Source of the DNA: the human T2T-CHM13v2.0 reference genome, Homo sapiens
Direction: 5' to 3' (one strand)
Length of the DNA stretch: 64,000 nt
NCBI RefSeq assembly: GCF_009914755.1
Contig: NC_060946.1
In this document: piece by piece, positions 43,801 through 59,089 of the stretch
Layout of the letters: each line of letters begins with the position of its first letter
Position numbering within the stretch: the stretch's first letter is position 1
Program-made: the position numbers and the translations under genes
Notes under the pieces: generated by a model
Databases searched by the model: none
Told to the model about the DNA's origin: nothing
What the model saw: the letters and a program-made list of their open reading frames with translations, nothing else

Positions 43801-46800
43801 AGTACATCAAATATAGATTATATACTGTACATAAAATATCAATGTACCCCAAATATATATGTTATACTCTACATGAAATATCAAAGTTCACAAACCATAT
43901 ATTATATACTGTACATAAAATATCAAAGTACCCAAGTTTTATATTCTATACTGTACAAAAAATATCAAAGTACCCAAAGCATGTATTATATACTGTACAT
44001 AAAATATGAAAGTACATCAAATATATATTTTATTCTTTACATAAAATATCAAAGTACACCAGATATATATTCTATAGTGTACATAAAATATCAAAGTACC
44101 CAAACTATACATTATATACTGTACATAAAATATGAGATTACATCAAATATATATTATATTAGGTACATAAAATATGAAAGTACATCAAATATAGATTATA
44201 TACTGTACATAAAATATCAAAGTACCCCAAATATATATTATATACTCTACATGAAATATCAAAGTTCACAAACCATATATTATATACTGTACATAAAATA
44301 TCAAAGTACCCAAGGTATATATTCTATACTGTACAAAAAATATCAAAGTACCCAAAGCATGTATTATATACTGTACATAAAATATGAAATTACATCAAAT
44401 ATATATTTTATTCTGTACATAAAATATCAAAGTACACCAGATATATATTCTATAGTGTACATAAAATATCAAAGTACCCAAACTATAAATTATATACTGT
44501 ACATAAAATATGAAATTACATCAAATATGTATTATATTAGGTACATAAAATATGAAAGTACATCAAATATAGATTATATACTGTACATAAAATATCAAAG
44601 TACCCCAAATATATATTTTATACTATACATGAAACATCAAAGTTCGCAAACTATATATTATATACTGTACATAAAATATCAAAGTAAATAAGGTATATAT
44701 TATATACTGTAGAAAAAATATCAAAGTACCCAAAGCATGTATTATATACTGTACATAAAATATGAAAGTACATCAAATATATATTTTATTCTGTACATAA
44801 TATATCAAGATACACCAGATATATATTCTATAGTGTACATAAAATATCAAAGTACCCAAAGTATACATTATATACTGTACATAAAATATGAAATTACATC
44901 AAATATATATTATATTAGGTACATAAAATATGAAAGTACATCAAATATAGATTATATAATGTACATTAAATACCAAAGTACCCCAAATATATATTTTATA
45001 CTGTACATGAAATATCAAAGTTCACAAACTATATATTATATACTGTACATAAAATATCAAAGTACCCAAGGTATATATTCTATACTGTACAAAAAATATC
45101 AAAGTACCAAAAGCATGTATTTTATACTGTACCTAAAATATGAAAGTACATCAAATATATATTTTATTCTGTACATAAAATATCAAACTACACCAGATAT
45201 ATAATCTATAGTGTACATAAAATAGCAAAGTACACAAACTATAAATTATATAGTGTACATAAAATATGAAATTACATCAAATATATATTAGGTACATAAA
45301 ATAAGAAAGTACATCAAATATAGATTATATACTGTACATAAAATATCAATGTACCCCAAATATATATTTTATACTCTACATGAAATATCAAAGTTCACAA
45401 ACCATATATTGTATACTGTACATAAAATATCAAAATACCCAAGGTATATATTCTATACTGCACAAAAAATATCAAAGTACCCAAAGCATGTATTATATAC
45501 TGTATATAAAATATGAAAGTACATCAAATATATATTTTATTCTGTACATAAAATATCAAAGTACACCAGATATATATTCTGTAGTATACATATAATAACA
45601 AAGTACACAAAGTATAAATTATATACTGTAGATAAAATATGAAATTACATCAAATATATATTAGGTACATAAAATATGAAAGTACATCAAATATAGATTA
45701 TATACTGTACATAAAATATCAATGTACCCCAAATATATATTTTATACTCTACATGAAATATCAAAGTTCACAAACCATATATTATATACTGTACATAAAA
45801 TATCAAAGTACCCAAGGTATATATTCTATACTGTACAAAAAATATCAAAGAACCCAAAGCATGTATTATATACTGTACATAAAATATGAAACTACATCAA
45901 ATATACATTTTATTCTGTACAAAAAGTATCAAAGTACACCAGACATATTTTCTATAGTGTACATAAAATATCAAAGTACCCAAAGCATGTATTATATACT
46001 GTACATAAAATATGAAAGTACATCAAATATATGTTTTATTCTGTACATAAAATATCAAAGTACACCAGATATATATTCTATAGTGTACATAAAATATCAA
46101 AGTACCCAAACTATACATTATATACTGTACATAAAATATGAAATTACATCAAATATATACTATATTAGGTACATAAAATATGAAAGTACATCAAATATAG
46201 ATTATATACTGTACATAAAATATCAAACTACCCCAAATATATATTATATACTCTACATGAAATATCAAAGTTCACAAACTATATATTATATACTGTACAT
46301 AAAATATCAAAGTACCCAAGGTATATATTCTATACTGTACAAAAAATATCAAAGTACCCAAAGCATGTATTATATACTATATATAAAATATGAAAGTACA
46401 TTAAATACATATTATAATCTGTACATAAAATATCAAAGTACACTAGATATATATTCTATAGTGTACATAAAATAACAAAGTACACAAACTATAAATTATA
46501 TACTGTACATAAAATATGAAATTACATCAAATATATATTAGGTACATAAAATATGAAAGTACATCAAATATAGATTATATACTGTACATAAAATATCAAT
46601 GTACTCCAAATATATATTTTATACTCTACATGAAATATCAAAGTTCACAAACCATATATTATATACTGTACATAAAATATCAAAGTACACAAGATATATA
46701 TTCTATACTATACAAAAAATATCAAAGTACCCAAAGCATGTATTATATACTGTACATAAAATATGAAAGTACATCAAATATATATTTTATTCTGTACATA

Positions 46801-46949
46801 AAATATCAAAGTACACCAGATATATATTCTATAGTGTACATAAAATATAAAAGTACCCAAACTATACATTATATACTGTACATAAAATATGAGATTACAT
46901 CAAATATATATTATATTAGGTACATAAAATATGAAAGTACATCAAATAT

Positions 46950-49900
46950 AGATTACATACTGTACATATAATATCAATGTACCCCAAATATATATTTTAT
47001 ACTCTACATGAAATATCAAAGTTCACAAACCATACATTATATACTGTACATAAAATATCAAAGTACCCAAGGTATATATTCTATACTGTACGAAAAATAT
47101 CAAAGTACCCAAAGCATGTATTATATACTGTACATAAAATATGAAAGTACATCAAATATATATTTTATTCTGTACATAAAATATCAAAGTACACCAGATA
47201 TATATTCTATAGTGTACATAAAATATCAAATTACCCAAACTATACATTATATACTGTACATAAAATATGAAATTACATCAAATATATATTAGGTACATAA
47301 AATATGAAAGTATATCAAATATAGATTATATACTGTACATAAAATATCAATGTACCCCAAATATATATTTTATACTCGACATGAAATTTCAAAGTTCACA
47401 AACCATATATTATTTACTCTACATAAAATATCAAAGTAACCAAGGTATATATTCTATACTGTACAAAAAATATCAAAGTACCCAAAGCATGTATTATATA
47501 CTGTATATAAAATATGAAAGTACATCAAATATATATTTTATTCTGTACATAAAATATCAAAGTACACCAGATATATATTCTATAGTGTACATAAAATAAC
47601 AAAGTACACAAACTATACATTATATACTGTACATAAAATATGAAATTACATCAAATATATATTATGTACATAAAATATGAAAGTACATCAAATATAGATT
47701 ATATACTGTACATAAAATATCAATGTACCCCAAATATATATTTTATACTGTACATGAAATATCAAAGTTCACAAACCATATATTATATACTGTACATAAA
47801 ATATCAAAGTACCCAAGGTATATATTCTATACTGTACAAAAATATCAAAGTACCCAAAGCATGTATTATATACTGTACATAAAATATGAAAGTACATCAA
47901 ATATATATTTTATTCTGTACATAAAATATCAAGGTACACCAGATATATATTCTATAGTGTACATAAAATAGCAAACTACACAAACTATAAATTATATACT
48001 GTACATAAAATATGAAATTACATCAAATATATATTAGGTACATAAAATATGAAAGTACATCAAATATAGATTATATACTGTACATAAAATATCAATGTAC
48101 CCCAAATATATATTTTATACTCTACATGAAATATCAAAGTTCACAAACCATATATTGTATACTGTACATAAAATATCAAAGTACCCAAGGTATGTATTCT
48201 ATACTGTACAAAAAATATCAAAGTACCCAAAGCATGTATTATATACTGTACATAAAATATGAAAGTACATCAAATATATATTTTATTCTGTACATAAAAT
48301 ATCAAAGTACACCAGATATATATTCTATAGTGTACATAAAATATCAAATTACCCAAACTATAAATTATATACTGTACATAAAATATGAAATTACATCAAA
48401 TATATATTATATTAGGTAAATAAAATATGAAAGTACATCAAATATAGATTATATAATGTACATTAAATACCAAAGTACCCAAATATATATTATATACTGT
48501 ACATGAAATATCAAAGTTCACAAACTATATATTATATACTGTACATAAAATATCAAAGTACCCAAGGTATATATTCTATACCGGACAAAAAATATCAAAG
48601 TACCCAAAGCATGTATTATATACTGTACATAAAATATGAAAGTACATCAAATATATATTTTATTCCGTACATAAAATATCAAAGTACCCCAGATATATAT
48701 TCTATAGCGTACATAAAATATGAAAGTACCCAATCTATACATTATATACTGTACAAAAAATATGAAATTACATCAAATATATATTATATTAGGTACATAA
48801 AATATGAAAGTACATCAAATATAGATTATATAATGTACATTAAATACCAAAGTACCCCAAATATATATTATATACTCTACATGGAATATCAAAGTTCACA
48901 AACTATATATTATATACTGTACATAAAATATCAAAGTACCCAAGGTATATATTCTATACTGTACAAAAAATATCAAAGTACCCAAAGCATGTATTATATA
49001 CTGTATTTAAAATATGAAAGTACATCAAATATTTTATTCTGTATATAAAATATCAAAGTACACCAGATATATATTCTATAGTGTACATAAAATAACAAAG
49101 TACAAAAACTATAATTTATATACTGTACATAAAATATGAAATTACATCAAATATATATTAGGTACCTAAAATATGAAAGTACATCAAATATAGATTATAT
49201 ACTGTACATAAAATATCAATGTAACCCAAATATATATTTTATACTCGACATGAAATATCAAAGTTCACAAACCATATATTATATACTGTACATAAAATAT
49301 CAAAGTACCCAAGGTATATATTCTATACTGTACAAAAAATATCAAAGTACCCAAAGCATGTATTATATACTGTACATAAAATATGAAAGTACATCAAATA
49401 TATATTTTATTCTGTACATAAAATATCAAAGTACACCAGATATATATTCTATAGTGTACATAAAATAACAAAATACCCAAACTATACATTATATACTGTA
49501 CGTAAAATATGAAATTACATCAAATATATATTAGGTACATAAAATATGAAAGTACATCAAATATAGATTACATACTGTACATATAATATCAATGTACCCC
49601 AAATATATATTTTATACTCTACATGAAATATCAAAGTTCACAAACCATACATTATATACTGTACATAAAATATCAAAGTACCCAAGGTATATATTCTATA
49701 CTGTACAAAAAATATCAAAGTACCCAAAGCATGTATTATATACTGTACATAAAATATGAAAGTACATCAAATATATATTTTATTCTGTACATAAAATATC
49801 AAAGTACACCAGATATATATTCTATAGTGTACATAAAATATCAAAGTACCCAAACTATACATTATATACTGTACATAAAATATGAAATTACATCAAATAT

Positions 49901-50540
49901 ATATTAGGTACATAAAATATGAAAGTATATCAAATATAGATTATATACTGTACATAAAATATCAATGTACCCCAAATATATATTTTATACTCGACATGAA
50001 ATTTCAAAGTTCACAAACCATATATTATTTACTCTACATAAAATATCAAAGTAACCAAGGTATATATTCTATACTGTACAAAAAATATCAAAGTACCCAA
50101 AGCATGTATTATATACTGTATATAAAATATGAAAGTACATCAAATATATATTTTATTCTGTACATAAAATATCAAAGTACACCAGATATATATTCTATAG
50201 TGTACATAAAATAACAAAGTACACAAACTATACATTATATACTGTACATAAAATATGAAATTACATCAAATATATATTAGGTACATAAAATATGAAAGTA
50301 CATCAAATATAGATTATATACTGTACATAAAATATCAATGTACCCCAAATATATATTTTATACTGTACATGAAATATCAAAGTTCACAAACCATATATTA
50401 TATACTGTACATAAAATATCAAAGTACCCAAGGTATATATTCTATACTGTACAAAAATATCAAAGTACCCAAAGCATGTATTATATACTGTACATAAAAT
50501 ATGAAAGTACATCAAATATATATTTTATTCTGTACATAAA
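46950..50540 (+). repeat. ~1-kb block repeated at 2615-bp offset (~46950-47930 and ~49565-50540)
   Basis: ORF pairs 47008/49623, 47267/49882 and 47640/50255. Shared markers CTCGACATGAAATTTC, TATTTACTCTAC, AGTAACCAAGG and a 1-bp deletion in the A-run. Confidence 0.85.
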
Positions 50541-53500
50541 ATATCAAAGTACACCAGATATATATTATATAGTGTACATAAAACATCAAAGTACCCAAAC
50601 TATACATTATATACAGTACATAAAATATGAAATTACATCAAATATATATTAGGTACATAAAATATGAAAGTACATCAAATATAGATTATATACTGTACAT
50701 AAAATATCAAAGTACCCAAACTATACATTATATACTGTACGTAAAATATGAAATTACATCAAATATATATTATAATAGGTACATAAAATATGAAAGTACA
50801 TCAAATATAGATTATATACTGTACATTAAATACCAAAGTACTCCAAATATATATTTTATACTGTACATGAAATATCAAAGTTCACAAACTATATATTATA
50901 TACTGTACATAAAATATCAAAGTACCCAAGGTATATATTCTATACTGTACAAAAAATATCAAAGTACCCAAATCATGTATTATAAACTGTACATAAAATA
51001 TGAAAGTACATCAAATATATATTTTATTCTGTACATAATATATCAAAGTACACCAGATATATATTCTATAGTGTACATAAAATAACAAAGTACACAAACT
51101 ATAAATTATATACTGTACATAAAATATGAAATTACATCAAATATATATTACGTACATAAAATATGAAAGTACATCTAATATAGATTATATACTGTACATA
51201 AAATATCAATGTAACCCAAATATATATTTTATACTCTACATGAAATATCAAAGTTCAGAAACCATATATTGTATACTGTACATAAAATATCAAAATACCC
51301 AAAGTATATATTCTATACTGTACAAAAAATATCAAAGTACGCAAAGCATGTATTATATACTGTACATAAAATATGAAAGTATATCAAATATATATTTTAT
51401 TCTGTACATAAAATATCAAAGTACACCAGATATATATTCTATAGTGTACATAAAATATCAAAGTACCCAAACTATACATTATATACAGTACATAAATTAT
51501 GAAATTACATCAAATATATATTATATTAGGTACATAAAATATGAAAGTACATCAAATATAGATTATATACTGTACATTAAATACCAAAGTACCCCAAATA
51601 TATATTTTATACTCTACATGAAATATCAAAGTTCACAAACCATATATTATATACTGTACATAAAATATCAAAGTACCCAAGGTATATATTCCATACTGTA
51701 CAAAAAATATCAAAGTACCCAAAGCATGTAGTATATACTGTACATAAAATATGAAAGTACATCAAATATATATTTTATTCTGTACAAAAAATATCAAAGT
51801 ACACCAGACATATATTCTATAGTGTACATAAAATATCAAAGTACCCAAACTATACATTATATACTGTACATAAAATATGAAATTACATCAAATATATTTT
51901 ATATTAGGTACATACAATATGAAAGTACATCAAATATAGATTATATACTGTACATTAAATACCAAAGTACCCCAAATATATATTTTATACTGTACATGAA
52001 ATATCAAAGTTCACAAACTATATATTATATACTGTACATATAATATCAAAGTACCCGAGGTATATATTCTATACTGTACAAAAAATATCAAAGTACCAAA
52101 AGCATGTATTATATACTGTACCTAAAATATGAAAGTACATCAAATATATATTTTATTCTGCACATAAAATATCAAAGTACACCAGATATATATTCTATAG
52201 TGTACATAAAATATCAACGTACCCAAACTATACTTTATATACTGTACATAAAATATGAAATTACATCAAATATATATTAGGTACATAAAATATGAAAGTA
52301 CATCAAATATAGATTATATACTGTACATAAAATATCAAAGTACCCCAAATATATATTATATACTGTATATGAAATATCAAAGTTCACAAACTATATATTA
52401 TATACTGTACATAAAATATCAAAGTACCCAAGGTATATATTCTATACTGTACAAAAAATATCAAAGTACCCAAAGCATGTATTATATACTGTACATAAAA
52501 TATGAAAGTACATCAAATATATATTTTATTCTGTACATAAAATATCAAAGTACACCAGATATATATTCTATAGTGTACATAAAATATCAAAGTACCCAAA
52601 CTATACATTATATACTGTACATAAAATATGAAATTACATCAAATATATATTATATTAGGTACATAAAATATGAAAGTACATCAAATATAGGTTATATACT
52701 GTACATTAAATACCAAAGTACCTCAAATATATATTTTATACTGTACATGAAATATCAAAGTTCACAAACTATATATTATATACTGTATATATAATACCAA
52801 AGTACCCAAGGTATATATTCTATACTGTACAAAAAATAACAAAGTACCAAAAGCATGTATTATATACTGTACCTAAAATATGAAAGTACATCAAATATAT
52901 ATTTTATTCTGTACATAAAATATCAAAATACATCAGATATATATTCTATAGTGTACATAAAATATCAAAGTACCCAAACTATACATTATATACTGTACAT
53001 AAAATATGAAATTACATCAAATATATATTATATTAGGTACATAAAATATGAAAGTACATCAAATATAGATTATATACTCTACATAAAATATCAAAGTACC
53101 CCAAATATATATTATATACTCTACAGGAAATATCAAAGTTCACACACTATATATTATATACTGTACATAAAATATCAAAGTACCCAAGGTATATATTCTA
53201 TACTGTACAAAAAATATCAAAGTACCCAAAGCATGTATTATATACTGTATATAAAATATGAAAGTACATCAAATATATATTTTATACTGTACATAAAATA
53301 TCAAAGTACACCAGATATATATTCTATAGTGTTCATAAAATATCAAAGTACCCAAATTTTACATTATATACTGTACATAAAATATGAAATTACATCAAAT
53401 ATATATTAGGTACATAAAATATGAAAGTACATCAAATATAGATTATATACTGTACATAAAATATCAAAGTACCCCAAATATATATTATATACTCTACATG

Positions 53501-54699
53501 AAATATCAAAGTTCACAAACTATATATTATATACTGTACAAAAAATATCAAGGTACCCAAAGCATGTATTATATACTGTACATAAAATATGAAAGTACAT
53601 CAAATATATATTTAATTCTGTACATAAAATATCAAAGTACACCAGATATATATTCTATAGTGTACATAAAATAACAAAGTACACAAACCATAAATTGTAT
53701 ACTGTACATAAAATATGACATTACGTCAAATATATATTAGGTACCTAAAATATGAAAGTACATCAAATATATATTTTATTCTGTACATAAAATATCAAAG
53801 TACACCAGATATATATTCTATAGTGTACATAAAATATCAAAGTACCCAAACTATACATTATATACTGTAAATAAAATATGAAATTACGTCAAATATAATT
53901 TATATTAGGTACATAAAATATGAAAGTACATCAAATATAGATTATATACTGTACATTAAATATCAATGTACCCCAAATATATATTTTATACTCTACATGA
54001 AATATCAAAGTTCACAAACTATATATTATATACTGTACATAAAATATCAAATTACCCAAGGTATATATTCTATACTGTACAAAAAATATCAAATTACCCA
54101 AAGCATGTATTATATACTGTACATAAAATATGAAAGTACATCAAATATATATTTTATTCTGTACATAAAATATCAAAGTACACCAGATATATATTCTATA
54201 GTGTACATAAAATATCAAAGTACCCAAACTATACATTATATACTGTACATAAAATATGAAATTACATCAAATATATATTATATTAGGTACATAAAATATG
54301 AAAGTACATGAAATATAGATTATATACTATACATTAAATACCAAAGTACCCCAAATATATATTTTATACTGTACATGAAATTTCAAAGTTCACAAACTCT
54401 ATATTATATACTGTACATAAAATATCAAAGTACCCAAGGTATATATTCTATACTGTACAAAAAATATCAAAGTACCCAAAGCATGTATTATATACTGTAT
54501 ATAAAATATGAAAGTACATCAAATATATATTTTATTCTGTACATAAAATGTCAAAGTACACCAGATATATATTCTATAGTTTACATAAAATAACAAAGTA
54601 CAAAAACTATAAATTATATACTGTACATAAAATATGAAATTACATCAAATATATATTTGGTACATAAAATATGAAAGTACATCAAATATAGATTATATA

Positions 54700-57600
54700 C
54701 TGTACATAAAATATCAATGTACCCCAAATATATGTTTTATACTCTACATGAAATATCAAAGTTCACAAACCATATATTATATACTGTACATAAAATATCA
54801 AAGTACCCAAGGTATATATTCTATACTGTACAAAAAATATCAAAGTAACCAAAGCATGTATTATATATTGTACATAAAATATGAAAGTATATCAAATATA
54901 TATTTTATTCTGTATATAAAATATCAAAGTACACCAGATATATATTCTATAATGTACATAAAATATCAAAGTACCCAAACTATACATTATATACTGTACA
55001 TAAAATATGAAATTACATCAAATATATTTTATATTAGGTACATAAAATATGAAAGTACATCAAATATAGATTATATACTGTACATTAAATACCAAAGTAC
55101 CCCAAATATATATTTTATACTGTACATGAAATATCAAATTTCACAAACTATATATTATATACTGTACATATAATATCAAAGTACCCGAGGTATATATTCT
55201 ATACAGTACAAAGAATAACAAAGTACCAAAAACATGTATTATATACTGTACCTAAAATATGAAAGTACATCAAATATATATTTTATTCTCTACATAAAAT
55301 ATCAAAGTACACCAGATATATATTCTATAGTGTACATAAAATATCAAAGTACCCAAACTATACCTTATATACTGTACATAAAATATGAAATTACATCAAA
55401 TATATATTATATTAGGTACATAAAATATGAAAGTACATCAAATATAGATTATATACTGTACATTAAATACCAAAGTACCCCAAATATATATTTTATACTG
55501 TACATGAAATTTCAAAGTTCACAAACTATATATTATATACTGTACATAAAATATCAAAGTACCCAAGGTATATTTTCTATACTGTACAAAAAATATCAAA
55601 GTACCCAAAGCATGTATTATATTCTGTACATAAAATATGAAAGTACATCAAATATATATTTTATTCTGTACATAAAATATCAAAGTACACCAGATATATA
55701 TTCTATAGTGTACATAAAATAACAAAGTACACAAACTATAAATTATATACTGTACATAAAATATGAAATTACATCAAATATATATTAGGTACATAAAATA
55801 TGAAAGTACATCAAATATAGATTATATACTGTACATAAAATATCAAAGTACCCCAAATATATATTATATACTCTACATGAAATATCAAAGTTCACAAACC
55901 ATATATTATATACTGTACATAAAATATCAAAGTACCCAAGGTATACATTCAATACTGTACAAAAAATATCAAAGTTCCCAAAGCATGTATTATATACTGT
56001 ACATAAAATATGAAAGTACATCAAATATATATTTTATTGTGTTCATAAAATATCAAAGTACACCAGATATATATTCTATAGTGTACAGAAAATAACAAAG
56101 TACACAAACTATAAATTATATACTGTACATAAAATATGAAATTACATCAAATATATATTAGGTACATAAAATATGAAAGTACATCAAATATAGATTATAT
56201 ACTGTACATTAAATACCAAAGTACCCCAAATATATGTTTTATACTCTACATGAAATATCAAAGTTCACAAACCATATATTATATACTGTACATAAAATAT
56301 CAAATTACCCAAGGTATATATTCTATACTGTACAAAAAATATCAAAGTAACCAAAGCATGTATTATATATTGTACATATAATATGAAAGTATATCAAATA
56401 TATAGTTTATTCTGTACATAAAATATCAAAGTACACCAGATATATATTCTATAATGTACATAAAATATCAAAGTACCCAAACTATACATTATATACTGTA
56501 CATAAAATATGAAATTACATCAAATATATTTTATATTAGGTACATAAAATATGAAAGTACATCAAATATAGATTATATACTGTACATTAAATACCAAAGT
56601 ACCCCAAATATATATTTTATACTGTACATGAAATATCAAAGTTCACAAACTATATATTATATACTGTACATATAATATCAAAGTACCCGAGGTATATATT
56701 CTATACTGTACAAAGAATAACAAAGTACCAAAAACATGTATTATATACTGTACATAAAATATGAAAGTACATCAAATATATATTTTATTCTGTACATAAA
56801 ATATCAAAGTACACCAGATATATATTCTATAGTGTACATAAAATATCAAAGTACCCAAACTATACATTATATACTGTACATAAAATATGAAATTACATCA
56901 AATATATATTATATTAGGTACATAAAATATGAAAGTACATCAAATATAGATTATGTACTGTACATTAAATACTAAAGTACCCCAAATATATATTTTATAC
57001 TGTACATGAAATTTCAAAGTTCACAAACTATATATTATATACTATACATAAAATATCAAAGTACCCAAGGTATATTTTCTATACTGTACAAAAAATATCA
57101 AAGTACCCAAAGCATGTATTATATTCTGTACATAAAATATGAAAGTACGTCAAATATATATTTTATTCTGTACATAAAATATCAAAGTACACCAGATATA
57201 TATTCTATAGTGTACATAAAATAACAAAGTACACAAACTATAAATTATATACTGTACATAAAATATGAAATTACATCAAATATATATTAGGTACATAAAA
57301 TATGAAAGTACATCAAATATAGATTATATACTGTACATATAATATCAATGTACCCCAAATATATATTTTGTACTCTACATGAAATATCAAAGTTCACAAA
57401 CCATATATTATATACTGTACATAAAATATCAAAGTACCCAAGGTATATATTCTGTACTGTACAAAAAATATCAAAGTACCCAAAGCATGTATTATATACT
57501 GTATATAAAATATGAAAGTACATCAAATATATATTTTATTCTGTACATAAAATATCAAAGTACACCAGATATATATTCTATAGTGTACATAAAATATCAA
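54700..57600 (+). repeat. 1502-bp (4-HOR) diverged tandem duplication
   Basis: Offsets 54634/56136, 55173/56675, 55234/56736 and 55722/57224 equal 1502 = 4x378-10. Shared markers AGTAACCAAAGC, CAAAGAATAAC..AAAAACATG, AAATTTCAAAG and TATTTTCTAT. Confidence 0.85.
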
Positions 57601-58294
57601 AGTACCCAAACTATACATTATATACTGTACATAAAATATGAAATTACATCAAATATATATTATATTAGGTACATAAAATATGAAAGTACATCAAATATAT
57701 ATTATATACTGTACATAAAATATCAAAGTACCCAAATATATATTACATACTCTACATGAAATATCAAAGTTCACAAACTATATATTATATACTGTACATA
57801 AAATATCAAAGTACCGAAGGTATATATTCTACACTGTACAAAAAATATCAATGTACCCAAAGCATGTATTATATACTGTATATAAAATATGAAAGTACAT
57901 CAAATATATATTTTATTCTGTACATAAAATATCAAAGTATACCAGATATATATTCTATAGTGTACATAAAATATCAAAGTACCCAAACTATACATTATAT
58001 ACTGTACATAAAATATGAAATTGCATCAAATATATATTAGGTACATAAAATATGAAAGTACATCAAATATAGATTATATACTGTACATAAAATATCAAAG
58101 TACCCCAAATATACATTATATAGTCTACATGAAATATCAAAATACACAAACTATATATTATATAGTGTACATAAAATATCAAACTACCCAAGGTATGTAT
58201 TCTATACTGTACAAAAAATATCAAAGTTCCCAAAGTAAGTATTATATACCGTACATAAAATATGAAAGTACATCAAATATATATTTTATTCTCT

Positions 58295-58352
58295 ACATAA
58301 AATATGAAAGTACACAAGATATATATTTTATATATAATATAAATACATAAGT
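58295..58352 (+). repeat. Aberrant 58-bp monomer, copy 2
   Basis: Same sequence as 21025-21082, with the same flanking variants (AAAGTAAGTATTATATACCG upstream, ACTGAACATG downstream). Confidence 0.9.
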
Positions 58353-59089
58353 ACATAAAATATCAAAGTACACAAACTATATATTATGTACTGTACATAA
58401 AATATGAAATTTCATCAAATATATATTAGGTACATAAAATATGAAAGTACATCAAATATAGATTGTATACTGTACATAAAATATCAAAGTACACCAAATA
58501 TATATTATATACTGAACATGAAATATCAAAGTTCACAAACTATATATTATATACTGTACATAAAATATCAAAGTACACAAGGTATATATTCTATACTGTT
58601 CAAAAAATATCAAAGTACCCAAAGCATGTATTATATATTGTACATAAAATATGAAAGTACATCAAATATATATTTTATTCTGTGCATAAAATACCAAAGT
58701 ACACCAGATATATATTATATGGTGTACATAAAATATCAATGTACCCAAACTATACATTAAATACTGTACATAAAATATCAAATTACATCAAATATATATT
58801 ATATTAGGTACATAAAATATGAAAGTACATCAAATATATATTTTATTCTGTACATAAAATATCAAAGTACACCAGATATATATTCTATAGTGTACATAAA
58901 ATATCAAAGTAGCCAAACTATACATTATATACTGTACATAAATTATGAAATTACATCAAATATATATTATATTAGGTACATAAAATATGAAAGTACATGA
59001 AATATAGATTATATACTGTACATAAAATATCAAAGTACCCCAAATATATATTACATACTCTACATGAAATATCAAATTTCACAAGCTAT

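Noticed and set aside
38260-57526. Minus-strand ORFs (38260-38466, 55785-56024, 57287-57526) as a sign of inversion or antisense genes
   Set aside because: The + strand keeps the same monomer orientation there. These ORFs arise from chance loss of stop codons.
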